Positions 8,150 to 17,431 of a stretch of DNA of 64,000 nt are shown piece after piece (the first letter of the stretch is position 1; each line of letters begins with the position of its first letter). The stretch comes from Clostridia bacterium (GTDB lineage Bacteria; Bacillota; Clostridia; Monoglobales; Monoglobaceae). The notes under the pieces were generated by a model. That model worked only from the letters and a program-made list of their open reading frames with translations. It ran no database searches and was not told the origin of the DNA. The position numbers and the translations under genes are program-made. Location of the stretch: assembly GCA_045648175.1 (NCBI GenBank), contig JAZRNN010000029.1:9414-73413 (forward strand), read 5' to 3'.

Positions 8150-10852
8150 TTATAATTCTATCTTTTCAACTATGGAAATTGGGGTTAATCCGTCTGCTCC
8201 GCCCAATACAAATACCTTAATCATTGCAACATCTGTTGCCGGCAAAACAACTTCTTCAAGTGCATTAGCAAAACTCATCGAAGCCTCAAGCATTCTTCCA
8301 CCCGTTGCATAGGTTGCGACTATAACCTGGGCATCAGATAACACTTCTGCAGTCAAAACAGTATTTATTTCAAGGTTCTCTCCACTTAACGTATGAGTAG
8401 TGCTTGTAACTATCTTTTCGACCCCGCAATCTGAACATCTTAATCCGACAAATGTATGGTTATCTGCATTTATATCGATAATATCTGTTTTAGTTGCTCC
8501 GCAATCAGCACAAGTAAAGGTTTTAATTCCTGTTGCTTTACATGTGGCAGGGGTTGTCACAACGCCCGTATCCCAACCATGTGTAGCGGTTTCTGTTTCA
8601 CCACAAGCACATACTTTCTGATGGTTTATATCATCAACTTTTGTCCATTGTGTTAGGAAGTTGTGCCCAAGAGGGGGAACTGTCTCCTGCTCCGCTATAA
8701 CAGTTTCACAAGCAGAACAATATGATCCTTCGGTTTTTCCCCCTTCGGTACAGGTAGGGTCAACCGCCGGCATTGCTGTTACCGCAGTGTGGTTAACGCT
8801 CGCCGGTTCCCACTTTCCGACAGAGTAAGCATATGCAGAACAACAATCTCCTAACTTTTCCGGATTGGTATAGGAGTCATCCGCATTTTTGAGTTGGGCT
8901 GTGGCAATTGGAATCTGTGCATACGTGTTATTCAGTTGATCCAGCTGATAGGTAGCTTCTTCTACCCCTTGAATCATTTCTATCTTTCCTGTGCCGTCAG
9001 AAACAATCTCCGCTCCGCCTTGGGTTGTATATACATACCCTTCACTAAGGTCAAGATTTCCGTTTATGTTAACCTTAGCATCCACCAAATCAGCAACCGT
9101 CCTTGTGTAAGTTCTGCCGGGAACATAAGTTAATGCGCGGAATGGAACACTTGACGGTGAACAATAACCAGCCCATTCATCAGCATCATAAACATAAATA
9201 CTGCTTCCGCTTTTTAGTGTGCCAGTTGCGCCTTCTTCTATATTTATAACAGAGCCCGGTAAAAGGCATAAATCCTGATCGATATGTACATTGCTTCCCT
9301 CTTTAACATTGATAGTGATGTTACTATTAACAGGAAGTTCGTATTGACTTGAGTCAACGGTATAAACACTAATAGTCATTTTTACAGGAGAAATGCTCAT
9401 ATCTCCGTTAAGCTCAACAATCAGTCTGTCGGTTGAACCATCGTATTTTTTTACCACATATCCATCTGTCAAATTAAACATGGCATTGGTCTGCCCAAAG
9501 AAATTAACCGAGGAATTTGCAACAGTTGTGCCACGCATACATACAGATGTATGTGTCGTTTCCTTAGCACCCGAGTAAACAGTCATCGGGACTTCTATGT
9601 TCTGTATATAATACTGCGAAAAGAGAAATACGCCGTTTTTCATAGTTATTGTCTGAGTACCGCCACGAAAATCCGTAACCTGAAAATACTCAAAAACCTC
9701 TGCCCCGCTTTTTACAGATACTGCACCATCACCGGTAATGTAACCCCATGCATACAGCTTTCCGCCATTTTCAACAGTAATAGAGCTGTTTTCCTGCATC
9801 CTTATAAAACTTACATTTCCTGTGGGAGAACCCGAATCAGAGTATGACCCTCCGGCAGCAAAATGCTTGGCCGAAAGACTAATGGCACCTTCTACAGTGA
9901 TATTTGCTCCGTTTGCCATCGTAAGTGTTCTATATGCCACGGGAGGTATATATCCACCTATATCAGCTTTAGAGACTCCTAGCGGTTCTGCAGTATATAA
10001 TGTATTTTCCGCATCAAAAGGTATCAAAAGTGTTTTGCCTGCAGGAATCGTATAATCACCTGCCGGAAGAGTGCCGTCACAAATAAGCACAAGATTAGTC
10101 CCGCTTTGGGCAGCTATATTCAAGTCACTGAACAGATAAGTGTTATCAACCATAAAATATGGTGTATTATCCTTGCTGAACAAAGGTGTAATTGTTTTGT
10201 CGCCAAGAGATTCCTGGGTATACTTTGTAGACCTTGACATAATTTTCCCATCTTGATCTACCCATGCAAAGAATGTGGCATCCGTCAAGGGAACCAGTTC
10301 AAATTCCACGCCTGCAGATTCCTCAATTGTCATTGTGCTTCCGCTGGTAATAGCTGCTCCGCCTGCCGTTACAGTGCACAACGAGCTATCAAATTCAACA
10401 GTCACGTTTGAAGATTCAGGCGCTGCAGTATATGTAATATTTTCAAGCGTTAATGTTGCCTCTTTTGAACCAAATGACGTAGCCTTAACCGAAAACTTTA
10501 TCTCCAAAGTTCCTTTGCCTGCAATATCAGCCGTATAACTTCCACTTGCAGTAGCAACTGTCCGTCCTGCAATGGTAAATGCTGAATGTCCTGATACAGA
10601 GTATGAAAATTCAACTGTTGCAATAGACGAAGATGTATTAGTTAAAGTAATTTTATTCTCTTTTGTCTGAAAGAAACTGGTCGACACAGAGGCAGTATAT
10701 TTTTTTGCATCTCCCGAGCCACTCCCCGCACTGTTTTCTATAGTTAAATTATCAAACAAATTAATTGTCGCCGCAAATGTCTGCATATACAATGAAAAAA
10801 TAAAAATCATCGTAAGAATTGTCGTTGCTGTTAATTTATACAATTTTTTCAT
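8150..10852 (-). CDS. Secreted protein of about 900 aa with unknown function. It is Gly/Thr-rich and beta-rich, with C-terminal Cys-rich HxW/CxxC modules.
   Basis: ORF track 8150..10882. The likely start is the ATG at 10852 (MKKLYKLTATTILTMIFIFSLYMQTFA signal peptide, AAGGA RBS). The C-terminal region has repeated modules (PTCTEGGKTEGSYCSACE, HGWDTGVVTTPATCKATGIKTFTCADCG, HTFVGLRCSDCG). I did not recognise a catalytic domain. Confidence 0.8.
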   Translation of the reverse strand: MKKLYKLTATTILTMIFIFSLYMQTFAATINLFDNLTIENSAGSGSGDAKKYTASVSTSFFQTKENKITLTNTSSSIATVEFSYSVSGHSAFTIAGRTVATASGSYTADIAGKGTLEIKFSVKATSFGSKEATLTLENITYTAAPESSNVTVEFDSSLCTVTAGGAAITSGSTMTIEESAGVEFELVPLTDATFFAWVDQDGKIMSRSTKYTQESLGDKTITPLFSKDNTPYFMVDNTYLFSDLNIAAQSGTNLVLICDGTLPAGDYTIPAGKTLLIPFDAENTLYTAEPLGVSKADIGGYIPPVAYRTLTMANGANITVEGAISLSAKHFAAGGSYSDSGSPTGNVSFIRMQENSSITVENGGKLYAWGYITGDGAVSVKSGAEVFEYFQVTDFRGGTQTITMKNGVFLFSQYYIQNIEVPMTVYSGAKETTHTSVCMRGTTVANSSVNFFGQTNAMFNLTDGYVVKKYDGSTDRLIVELNGDMSISPVKMTISVYTVDSSQYELPVNSNITINVKEGSNVHIDQDLCLLPGSVINIEEGATGTLKSGSSIYVYDADEWAGYCSPSSVPFRALTYVPGRTYTRTVADLVDAKVNINGNLDLSEGYVYTTQGGAEIVSDGTGKIEMIQGVEEATYQLDQLNNTYAQIPIATAQLKNADDSYTNPEKLGDCCSAYAYSVGKWEPASVNHTAVTAMPAVDPTCTEGGKTEGSYCSACETVIAEQETVPPLGHNFLTQWTKVDDINHQKVCACGETETATHGWDTGVVTTPATCKATGIKTFTCADCGATKTDIIDINADNHTFVGLRCSDCGVEKIVTSTTHTLSGENLEINTVLTAEVLSDAQVIVATYATGGRMLEASMSFANALEEVVLPATDVAMIKVFVLGGADGLTPISIVEKIEL

Positions 10853-11010
10853 CCAAAACACATCCTTTTTTGTATTAACCATACATATGTTGTTTTTAAT
10901 GGCATAATATCACTTTCACCTTATCACAAAAATGATAAAATGTCAATTCCTTTTTGCCGGTTTTTCTTGATATATCAAGGCTTTTTGTCAACTCTAAAGT
11001 CGTTTCGTTT

Positions 11011-11337
11011 TCAGTCAATACCACTGCTTTTGTTTTTTATATTTTCACAAACAACGCTATCTCCCCTTTCTGCCTCTTCGCCGCTGTCACTAATCATTCG
11101 TCTGATAGTTCTTTCCGAATAGTCATACTTATGTGCCAACTCTGTGACATTTGTCCCATCAAATTCCTTAATAACATTTTGCTGAATTACCTGTGGATTG
11201 TAAAGCCGCACCGGGAAATTGACCTGTTGCCCTTTAAACCTTAAGTAAATTTTCAAAGTAGCATCCAGACCAACAATTTCGCTGATTTCCTTGTATACCG
11301 TGTTGTATAATTTTGACTCTTTTTCCACTTTATTCAA
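11011..11337 (-). CDS. Small HTH DNA-binding protein, Mor transcription activator family-like.
   Basis: 108-aa ORF. Its pattern (KIYLRFKGQQVNFPVRLYNP...IKEFDGTNVTELAHKYDYSERTIRRMI) matches my recollection of Mor-family (phage Mu middle operon regulator-like) proteins that are common in Clostridia. Confidence 0.6.
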   Translation of the reverse strand: MNKVEKESKLYNTVYKEISEIVGLDATLKIYLRFKGQQVNFPVRLYNPQVIQQNVIKEFDGTNVTELAHKYDYSERTIRRMISDSGEEAERGDSVVCENIKNKSSGID

Positions 11338-11440
11338 CTCCTTGCGACAGAATTATACCACTTTTCTGCCGCCAAGTTAAATGCCAATTTCAACAAGTTT
11401 GTCCAAAGCAAAACGCCTCTTTTCTCTGTCGTTATACAAA

Positions 11441-11486
11441 AACAGCCTGCCACTTTGTAATAAAGCGACAGGCTGTTTTTGTATTT
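11441..11486 (-). terminator. Rho-independent (bidirectional-looking) terminator downstream of aroF.
   Basis: AAAAACAGCCTG...CAGGCTGTTTTT inverted repeat flanked by A and T runs, about 60 nt after the aroF stop. Confidence 0.7.
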
Positions 11487-11547
11487 AAAAATTTTTAACT
11501 ATATGAAGCTTAATATTACATCTACAATGTCATTGCATGCCTCTCTG

Positions 11548-12576
11548 TTAAAGAACCTCTGCCAAATCACAAATAAGTCTTTCGGTTTTTTCCCAACCGA
11601 GGCATGGGTCGGTTATAGACTTTCCGTAGGTACATTCTTCAGGCTTTTGTGCGCCGTCTTCAATATAACTTTCTATCATAAGGCCCTTGACAATCTTTTT
11701 TATATCGGCAGAGTGGCGACAACTGTGAAGGACCTCTTTTGCAATTCTTGGCTGCTCCATCCATTTTTTCCCTGAGTTTGCGTGGTTTGTATCAATAATA
11801 ACCGCCGGATTACTGAGCCCTGATTTTTCATATATTTCTGCGAGATGAATCAGGTCTTCGTAGTGGTAGTTTGGCATAGACTGGCCATGCTTATTTACGT
11901 ATCCTCTGAGTATTGCGTGAGAAAGCGGATTTCCCTGGCTTTCAACCTCCCACCCTCTGTAAATGAAGGTATGAGAATGTTGTGCGGCGGTTATGGAATT
12001 CATCATTACGGATATATCCCCAGCAGTAGGGTTTTTCATACCTACAGGAATATCAAGACCGCTTGCGGTAAGTCTGTGCTTTTGGTTTTCAACCGATCTT
12101 GCACCGATTGCCACATATGATAAAAGGTCTGAAAGGTATCTGTAATTTTCAGGATAAAGCATTTCATCAGCACAGGTAAAGCCCGTTTCTTCTATGGCTC
12201 TGATATGCAGATTTCTGATTGCAATAACACCTTTTAACATATCGGATTCCTTGTTTGGGTCAGGCTGATGAAGCATCCCCTTATATCCGTCTCCGGTTGT
12301 CCTTGGCTTGTTTGTATAAATTCGAGGAATGATAAGGATTTTTTCAGCCACTTTTTCCTGCACTTCTCTGAGGCGCAAGATATAATCTATTACACTGTCA
12401 TCGTGATCTGCCGAGCAAGGGCCTATAATCAGTATAAATCTGTCGTCCTTGCCTTCGAATACCGACTTTATTTCCATATCTCTTTTTACTTTTAACTGTT
12501 CAAGCTTGTATGATAATGGGTACTGTTCCTTTATCTCCATAGGGATTGGTAGTTTGCGTTTGAAATTCATATTCAT
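11548..12576 (-). CDS. aroF: 3-deoxy-7-phosphoheptulonate (DAHP) synthase.
   Basis: ORF track 11548..12591. That listed start is a TTG inside a GGAGGA RBS, so the start is moved to the ATG at 12576 (MNMNFKRKLP). Class I DAHP synthase motifs are present (LIIGPCSADH, IPRIYTNKPRTT..GYKGM). Confidence 0.9.
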   Translation of the reverse strand: MNMNFKRKLPIPMEIKEQYPLSYKLEQLKVKRDMEIKSVFEGKDDRFILIIGPCSADHDDSVIDYILRLREVQEKVAEKILIIPRIYTNKPRTTGDGYKGMLHQPDPNKESDMLKGVIAIRNLHIRAIEETGFTCADEMLYPENYRYLSDLLSYVAIGARSVENQKHRLTASGLDIPVGMKNPTAGDISVMMNSITAAQHSHTFIYRGWEVESQGNPLSHAILRGYVNKHGQSMPNYHYEDLIHLAEIYEKSGLSNPAVIIDTNHANSGKKWMEQPRIAKEVLHSCRHSADIKKIVKGLMIESYIEDGAQKPEECTYGKSITDPCLGWEKTERLICDLAEVL

Positions 12577-12597
12577 TTTTATATCCTCCAAATGTGA

Positions 12598-13455
12598 TTA
12601 TTTTTTGTCGAATAATGCTCTGCGTTTTGTTGAATGGCGCATCATTTCTCTCATACCTTCAACATCTTCTGCTTTAAGCATTGTTTTAAGTTCGTTAAAT
12701 TTGTCTATAAACATATCCATCTGTTTAAGAAGAGCATCTTTGTTTGCAACAAAAAGTTCGCTCCACATCAAATCGTTTATGCGTGCAATTCGAGTCAGGT
12801 CACGGAATGAGTCACCCGTAAATTTTTCCATGTTTTCCTTATCGTTGCAAGTCATAAGAGTAATGGCAATGCAATGGGTAAGCTGAGAAAGGAATCCTAT
12901 CATCTCATCATGTTCTTCGGGCGAAAGCGTAGTAACATTTGAAAATCCCAAAAGCCTTCCGAGTTCAAGGCAGGTATTAATTGCCTCGGGGGTATTTTTG
13001 TCTGTTGGGGTCACTATATAGTTTGCACCCGAAAACATCTTATCACTGCTGTTTTCTACTCCCGATACCTCGCGCCCCGCCATTGGGTGAGCCGCAATAA
13101 ATTCAACATCCGTTCGCAGCATATCTTGAATTTTATATATAATACCACCCTTGACACCTGTTACGTCGGTTATTATTGCACCACTTTTAAACAAATTTTG
13201 ATTTTTCTCAATCCATTCAACAAATACATGCGGATACAAAGCAAAAACCACCAGGTCTGCATCACCAACAATTCTTTTGTCAAGCTCAATTGAGCCTTCG
13301 TCTATTATTCCTTCATTAAGGGCATACTCTATTGAGCTTTGCTCTTTTGTAATTGCGCTTATATGAAATCCAAATCGTTTCAAAACTCTTGCATAGCTTC
13401 CGCCCAAAAGTCCGAGTCCGACTATCAAAATTTTTTTGCTTACGTCTACTATCAT
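12598..13455 (-). CDS. tyrA: Prephenate dehydrogenase.
   Basis: 285 aa with an N-terminal Rossmann motif (ILIVGLGLLGGSYA) and the AHPMAG motif. Its start overlaps the aroA stop in an ATGA. Confidence 0.9.
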   Translation of the reverse strand: MIVDVSKKILIVGLGLLGGSYARVLKRFGFHISAITKEQSSIEYALNEGIIDEGSIELDKRIVGDADLVVFALYPHVFVEWIEKNQNLFKSGAIITDVTGVKGGIIYKIQDMLRTDVEFIAAHPMAGREVSGVENSSDKMFSGANYIVTPTDKNTPEAINTCLELGRLLGFSNVTTLSPEEHDEMIGFLSQLTHCIAITLMTCNDKENMEKFTGDSFRDLTRIARINDLMWSELFVANKDALLKQMDMFIDKFNELKTMLKAEDVEGMREMMRHSTKRRALFDKK

Positions 13456-14654
13456 TCTGTCCTCACCCTCGCTCCAAGTTTCTTTATTTCTTCAAAATAT
13501 CCAGGATAACTCTTCCTTACTGCCTCAATTCCGAAAATTTCACCGCCGGTTTTTGAAAGTATCACCGACATTGCCATAACAATTCTGTGGTCGTTGTGTC
13601 CGTCAAGTACTATGCCTTGATTTTTTAATTCCTGCTTGGGTACCGTTATGAAATTATCGCCAAAAACAAGGCCTCCGCCAAGCTTTTGAAGTTCCTCATG
13701 CATAGCCAGTCCTCTGTCACTTTCTTTTGCCTTTAGTCTGTTGGTTCCCGTAAAGGTTGCACCGTCTTTAAGTGCTGAAAGTGCAATTAACACCGGCCCA
13801 AGGTCAGGACAATCGGAAATATCTAGATTCGGTGTTCCGTCTGATATTTTTTTAAAATACTCTTTATATACCTTGTCTCCCTGAAGGCTGTCAGTATTGA
13901 GATTATTAATTTTCACTTCTGAACCAACATAATTAAACACATCCAGAAACGCCGCATTTGAATAATCTCCTTCAATTCTTCCTGAATATGAGTGCAGCTC
14001 CGATTTCTTTATTGAAATGTTGTATTCATCTACAAACTCAACATTCGCACCAAATGCCTTTAGGGCAGATATCGTAAGATTTATATATGACCTGCTTTCA
14101 AACGGAGGAATAACTTCTATAGAAGAGTCTGCGCCAAGATATATAAGAGCAAAAATGAGTCCTGTAATAAATTGGCTGCTGATATCTCCTCTGATTTTAT
14201 AGTTGTCGCTTTTAAGACTGCCACAAACGGTTAAAGAGTTTGCTCTCCTGTTGAAGGCAAAACCACACTCTTGGCAAAGCTCTTCATAAACATCAAGCGG
14301 TCTTTCAAAAAGCCGCGTGCTGCCCATCAATGTTACTTCTCTTCCCAGACACAACGCAAGCGGTATAAAAAATCTCAATGTGCTTCCACTTTCCCTACAT
14401 TCCAGCACAGAAGTTTTTGCTTGCATAAAGTTATCCGGGTTAATATATACAATATCATTATCTGTTGTTATTTCTGCACCCAGCGCCTTTAGGCAATCAA
14501 TACTGGCAAGGATATCTTCGCTGTAATCAACGCCTGATAACACGCAATGTTCCTTTGATAAAGCAGCCCCTATCAAATATCTGTGTGCCATGCTTTTCGA
14601 TGGTGGCGCATTTACGATTCCGTTTAATTTACAAGGTTCAAATTTTGCTATCAT
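13452..14654 (-). CDS. aroA: 3-phosphoshikimate 1-carboxyvinyltransferase (EPSP synthase).
   Basis: 400 aa with EPSP synthase motifs (PPSKSMAHR, LGAxV, DHRIVMA). Confidence 0.93.
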   Translation of the reverse strand: MIAKFEPCKLNGIVNAPPSKSMAHRYLIGAALSKEHCVLSGVDYSEDILASIDCLKALGAEITTDNDIVYINPDNFMQAKTSVLECRESGSTLRFFIPLALCLGREVTLMGSTRLFERPLDVYEELCQECGFAFNRRANSLTVCGSLKSDNYKIRGDISSQFITGLIFALIYLGADSSIEVIPPFESRSYINLTISALKAFGANVEFVDEYNISIKKSELHSYSGRIEGDYSNAAFLDVFNYVGSEVKINNLNTDSLQGDKVYKEYFKKISDGTPNLDISDCPDLGPVLIALSALKDGATFTGTNRLKAKESDRGLAMHEELQKLGGGLVFGDNFITVPKQELKNQGIVLDGHNDHRIVMAMSVILSKTGGEIFGIEAVRKSYPGYFEEIKKLGARVRTE

Positions 14655-15083
14655 TTATATCCCCTCAACAAGATAGTCAATGGCCTCTATATATCCGTCT
14701 GTGCCATGACCTGTAATTGTTTTTATGCAGGCAAGCCTTACATAACTTACCTGTCTGAACTCCTCACGCTCTTCAACTTTTGAAATATGTACCTCAACAG
14801 CTGGGATATTCACCGCTTTGACCGCATCTAAAATTGCAATGCTTGTGTGGGTATACGCCCCGGGATTTATAACAATACCATCAACATTACCGTATGCCTT
14901 TTGAATTTCGTCAACAAGGTCGCCTTCGTGATTAGATTGATATAGCTTGACCTCTATATTTTTGCTTTCACAATATTTTTGTATTTTTTCACAAAGATCT
15001 GCATAGGTTTCACGTCCATAATGGTCAGGCTCGCGAATTCCAAGCATATTTAAATTTGGACCATTTATAACAAGAATTTTCAT
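14655..15083 (-). CDS. aroQ: Type II 3-dehydroquinate dehydratase.
   Basis: 142 aa with MKILVINGPNLNMLGIREP...YQSNHEG...INPGAYTHTSIA. Confidence 0.95.
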   Translation of the reverse strand: MKILVINGPNLNMLGIREPDHYGRETYADLCEKIQKYCESKNIEVKLYQSNHEGDLVDEIQKAYGNVDGIVINPGAYTHTSIAILDAVKAVNIPAVEVHISKVEEREEFRQVSYVRLACIKTITGHGTDGYIEAIDYLVEGI

Positions 15084-16327
15084 AGTATCTGCTCCAATCG
15101 TTTTTTAAGAATATATTCAGCCTCTGCCTCGGGAGTGGTCATATCAGGCACCATTATATCTGCGGTAGATTGATAAAGCCCCATTCTTTCAGAATAGAGT
15201 TTTTTTAGCTTTTCGTTTGTATCTGAAAGTGGTCTGTCATCTGTTGCCTGAAGCCTTTTAAGGTCGGCATTTATAAAAAACAGCTTACCGTTCCGTCTAA
15301 GGAAGTTTACATTTTCTTCTCTTAAAATTGCGCCTCCACCGGTTGAAATAATACGACAACTATTTGCAGATACATCCCGTATAACCTCTGTTTCCAAATC
15401 TCTGAAATACTTTTCTCCCTTAATATCTATAAGTTCTTTAATTGTGCATCCGCAGCGTTTTTCGATTTCTGTATCTGTATCAACAAATTCAAAACCTTTT
15501 ATTTTCAAAAGTCTTCCGACCGTACTCTTGCCGCTTCCGGGCATACCTGTCAATACAATATTTTCCTTTGATGCAAGGACGGATTGATATACACTGTCGG
15601 CTGTTTTCTTTGATATCTCGGTATCGAGGAATTTTTCAACCGCAACAACTGCTTGCATAACAAGCATATACAAGCCACCTTCAGCTTTAAGTCCCTTACT
15701 TTTTGCATTTAACACAAGGTTGGTGCAAAGAGGATTATACACTGCGTCAACCACACCCTCTAAAGAAGTAAATGCCGATATATCAATTGGCTTTGAATCA
15801 CAATCCGGAAACATTCCTAAAGGGGTTGTATTGATTATCACATCTGCATCGGTATGCTTGGCTTTTGCTTCTTCATAGGTTATATAATTATCAGATTTCT
15901 TTCTGCTTACAATTAAAATCTCAGCTGCACCCATATCCTTTGCCAAAACACAGGCGGTTTTGCTTGTTCCACCGGTTCCGAGGATGAGTAACTTTTTACC
16001 ACTTAATTCAATACCGATTTTTTCGATAAGTGCCTTCATCCCGTAATAATCGGTGTTGTATCCGTATAGCTTGCCATCTTTATTTACAATTGTGTTAACA
16101 GCTCCAATTCTCTTTGCTATCTCGCTGACCGAATCAAGATAGGGAATAACAGTCTCTTTATATGGTATTGTAACATTTATTGCTTCAAAGTCTTTTTGTT
16201 CAAAAAATGTTTTTATTTCGTCTTCCAAAAGTTCAATAAGTTCATATTCATAATCAGCAAGCTTGGTGTGAATTTCTTTTGAGAAGCTATGTGTCAATTT
16301 CTTCCCTATACACCCGTATTTTTTCAT
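15080..16327 (-). CDS. Bifunctional shikimate dehydrogenase / shikimate kinase fusion.
   Basis: 415 aa. The N-terminal 270 aa or so are AroE-like (HSFSKEIH, NVTIPYK, GTGGTSK). The C-terminal 150 aa or so carry the AroK P-loop (IVLTGMPGSGKSTVGRLL). Confidence 0.9.
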   Translation of the reverse strand: MKKYGCIGKKLTHSFSKEIHTKLADYEYELIELLEDEIKTFFEQKDFEAINVTIPYKETVIPYLDSVSEIAKRIGAVNTIVNKDGKLYGYNTDYYGMKALIEKIGIELSGKKLLILGTGGTSKTACVLAKDMGAAEILIVSRKKSDNYITYEEAKAKHTDADVIINTTPLGMFPDCDSKPIDISAFTSLEGVVDAVYNPLCTNLVLNAKSKGLKAEGGLYMLVMQAVVAVEKFLDTEISKKTADSVYQSVLASKENIVLTGMPGSGKSTVGRLLKIKGFEFVDTDTEIEKRCGCTIKELIDIKGEKYFRDLETEVIRDVSANSCRIISTGGGAILREENVNFLRRNGKLFFINADLKRLQATDDRPLSDTNEKLKKLYSERMGLYQSTADIMVPDMTTPEAEAEYILKKRLEQIL

Positions 16328-16342
16328 AATCGTTTCGTCCCC

Positions 16343-17431
16343 TCACCTTAACCAGTCTGTACCAAATCTCATTGCAAGCGCATCACATAAAACAATTGCT
16401 GCGGCCGCATCCTGCACAATCCGTGCCCTATGTACAATTGCGGGGTCGTGTCTGCCGGCCGGCTCTAATATGGTTTCAGTCATATTCTTAAAATCTACTG
16501 TATTTTGTTGTTTAAAGATTGTTGGTGTGGGTTTGATTGCAGTTCTGAAAATAATTGGCATACCGTTGGTGATACCACCATTTATTCCTCCGTTGTTATT
16601 TGTAGTTGTCACTATTTTCCCGTTTTCTATTTTTATAGCATCATTGGCGTCAGAGCCATGCATATCCGCAATTTCAAAGCCTGCCCCGAATTCAATCCCC
16701 TTAACTGCCGGGATTGAAAACATCATATGCGAAAGCATACTTTCAACCGAGTCAAACCACGGTTCACCAACGCCTTCAGGCATCCCCACAATTGCAGTTT
16801 CTAAAACTCCACCAACGCTGTCTCCGTCTGTTGCTGCATTTAATATAGCATCTCTCATTTTTTCTCCGCTTGCCTCGTCAAGCACAGCAAAAGGTTTTTT
16901 ATTCAGCTTTTCAATGTCACTCATTAAATTATTAAAATCTCTATCAGAAATTCCTGCACATTTCATTACGTGAGTGCCGATATAAATACCTTTTTGCTCC
17001 AATGCTGATTTGCAAATTGCACCTACTGCCACAAGCGCCGCAGTTATTCTTCCACTGAAATGCCCACCGCCGCGCGAATCCTGAAATCCGTGGTATTTGC
17101 ACTCGGCGGTATAATCTGCGTGAGACGGTCTTGCAATTGTTTTCATCTGCGAGTAGTCTCCGCTTTTGATATTTTCATTGGGTATCAGAATTGTTATGGG
17201 AGTCCCTGTCGTTTTTCCGCAGATAACGCCGCTTACAATCCTGAATTCGTCCTTTTCTTTTCTCGGTGTTGAAATCTTTCCGTCAGGCCGTCTCAGGTAA
17301 AGCATGTGGTTGATATATTCTTCATCGACATCTATCCCAGGGGCTAACCCGTCAACAACTGCACCTATATATTCACCATGACTCTCGCCAAACAGGGTCA
17401 CCGCTATACTGTTTCCGAATGTATTTTTCAT
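16343..17431 (-). CDS. aroC: Chorismate synthase.
   Basis: 362 aa with GESHG, RPSHAD, GGGHFSGR motifs. Confidence 0.95.
   Translation of the reverse strand: MKNTFGNSIAVTLFGESHGEYIGAVVDGLAPGIDVDEEYINHMLYLRRPDGKISTPRKEKDEFRIVSGVICGKTTGTPITILIPNENIKSGDYSQMKTIARPSHADYTAECKYHGFQDSRGGGHFSGRITAALVAVGAICKSALEQKGIYIGTHVMKCAGISDRDFNNLMSDIEKLNKKPFAVLDEASGEKMRDAILNAATDGDSVGGVLETAIVGMPEGVGEPWFDSVESMLSHMMFSIPAVKGIEFGAGFEIADMHGSDANDAIKIENGKIVTTTNNNGGINGGITNGMPIIFRTAIKPTPTIFKQQNTVDFKNMTETILEPAGRHDPAIVHRARIVQDAAAAIVLCDALAMRFGTDWLR

Noticed and set aside
11011-11337. Prophage or mobile-element call based on the Mor-like gene, and likewise for the RHH/XRE pair at 55071-55473.
   Set aside because: No integrase, transposase, recombinase, phage structural genes, tRNA/tmRNA-flanking attachment repeats or direct repeats are visible around either locus. 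ssrA at 19960-20309 has intact ends with no duplicated 3' segment nearby.
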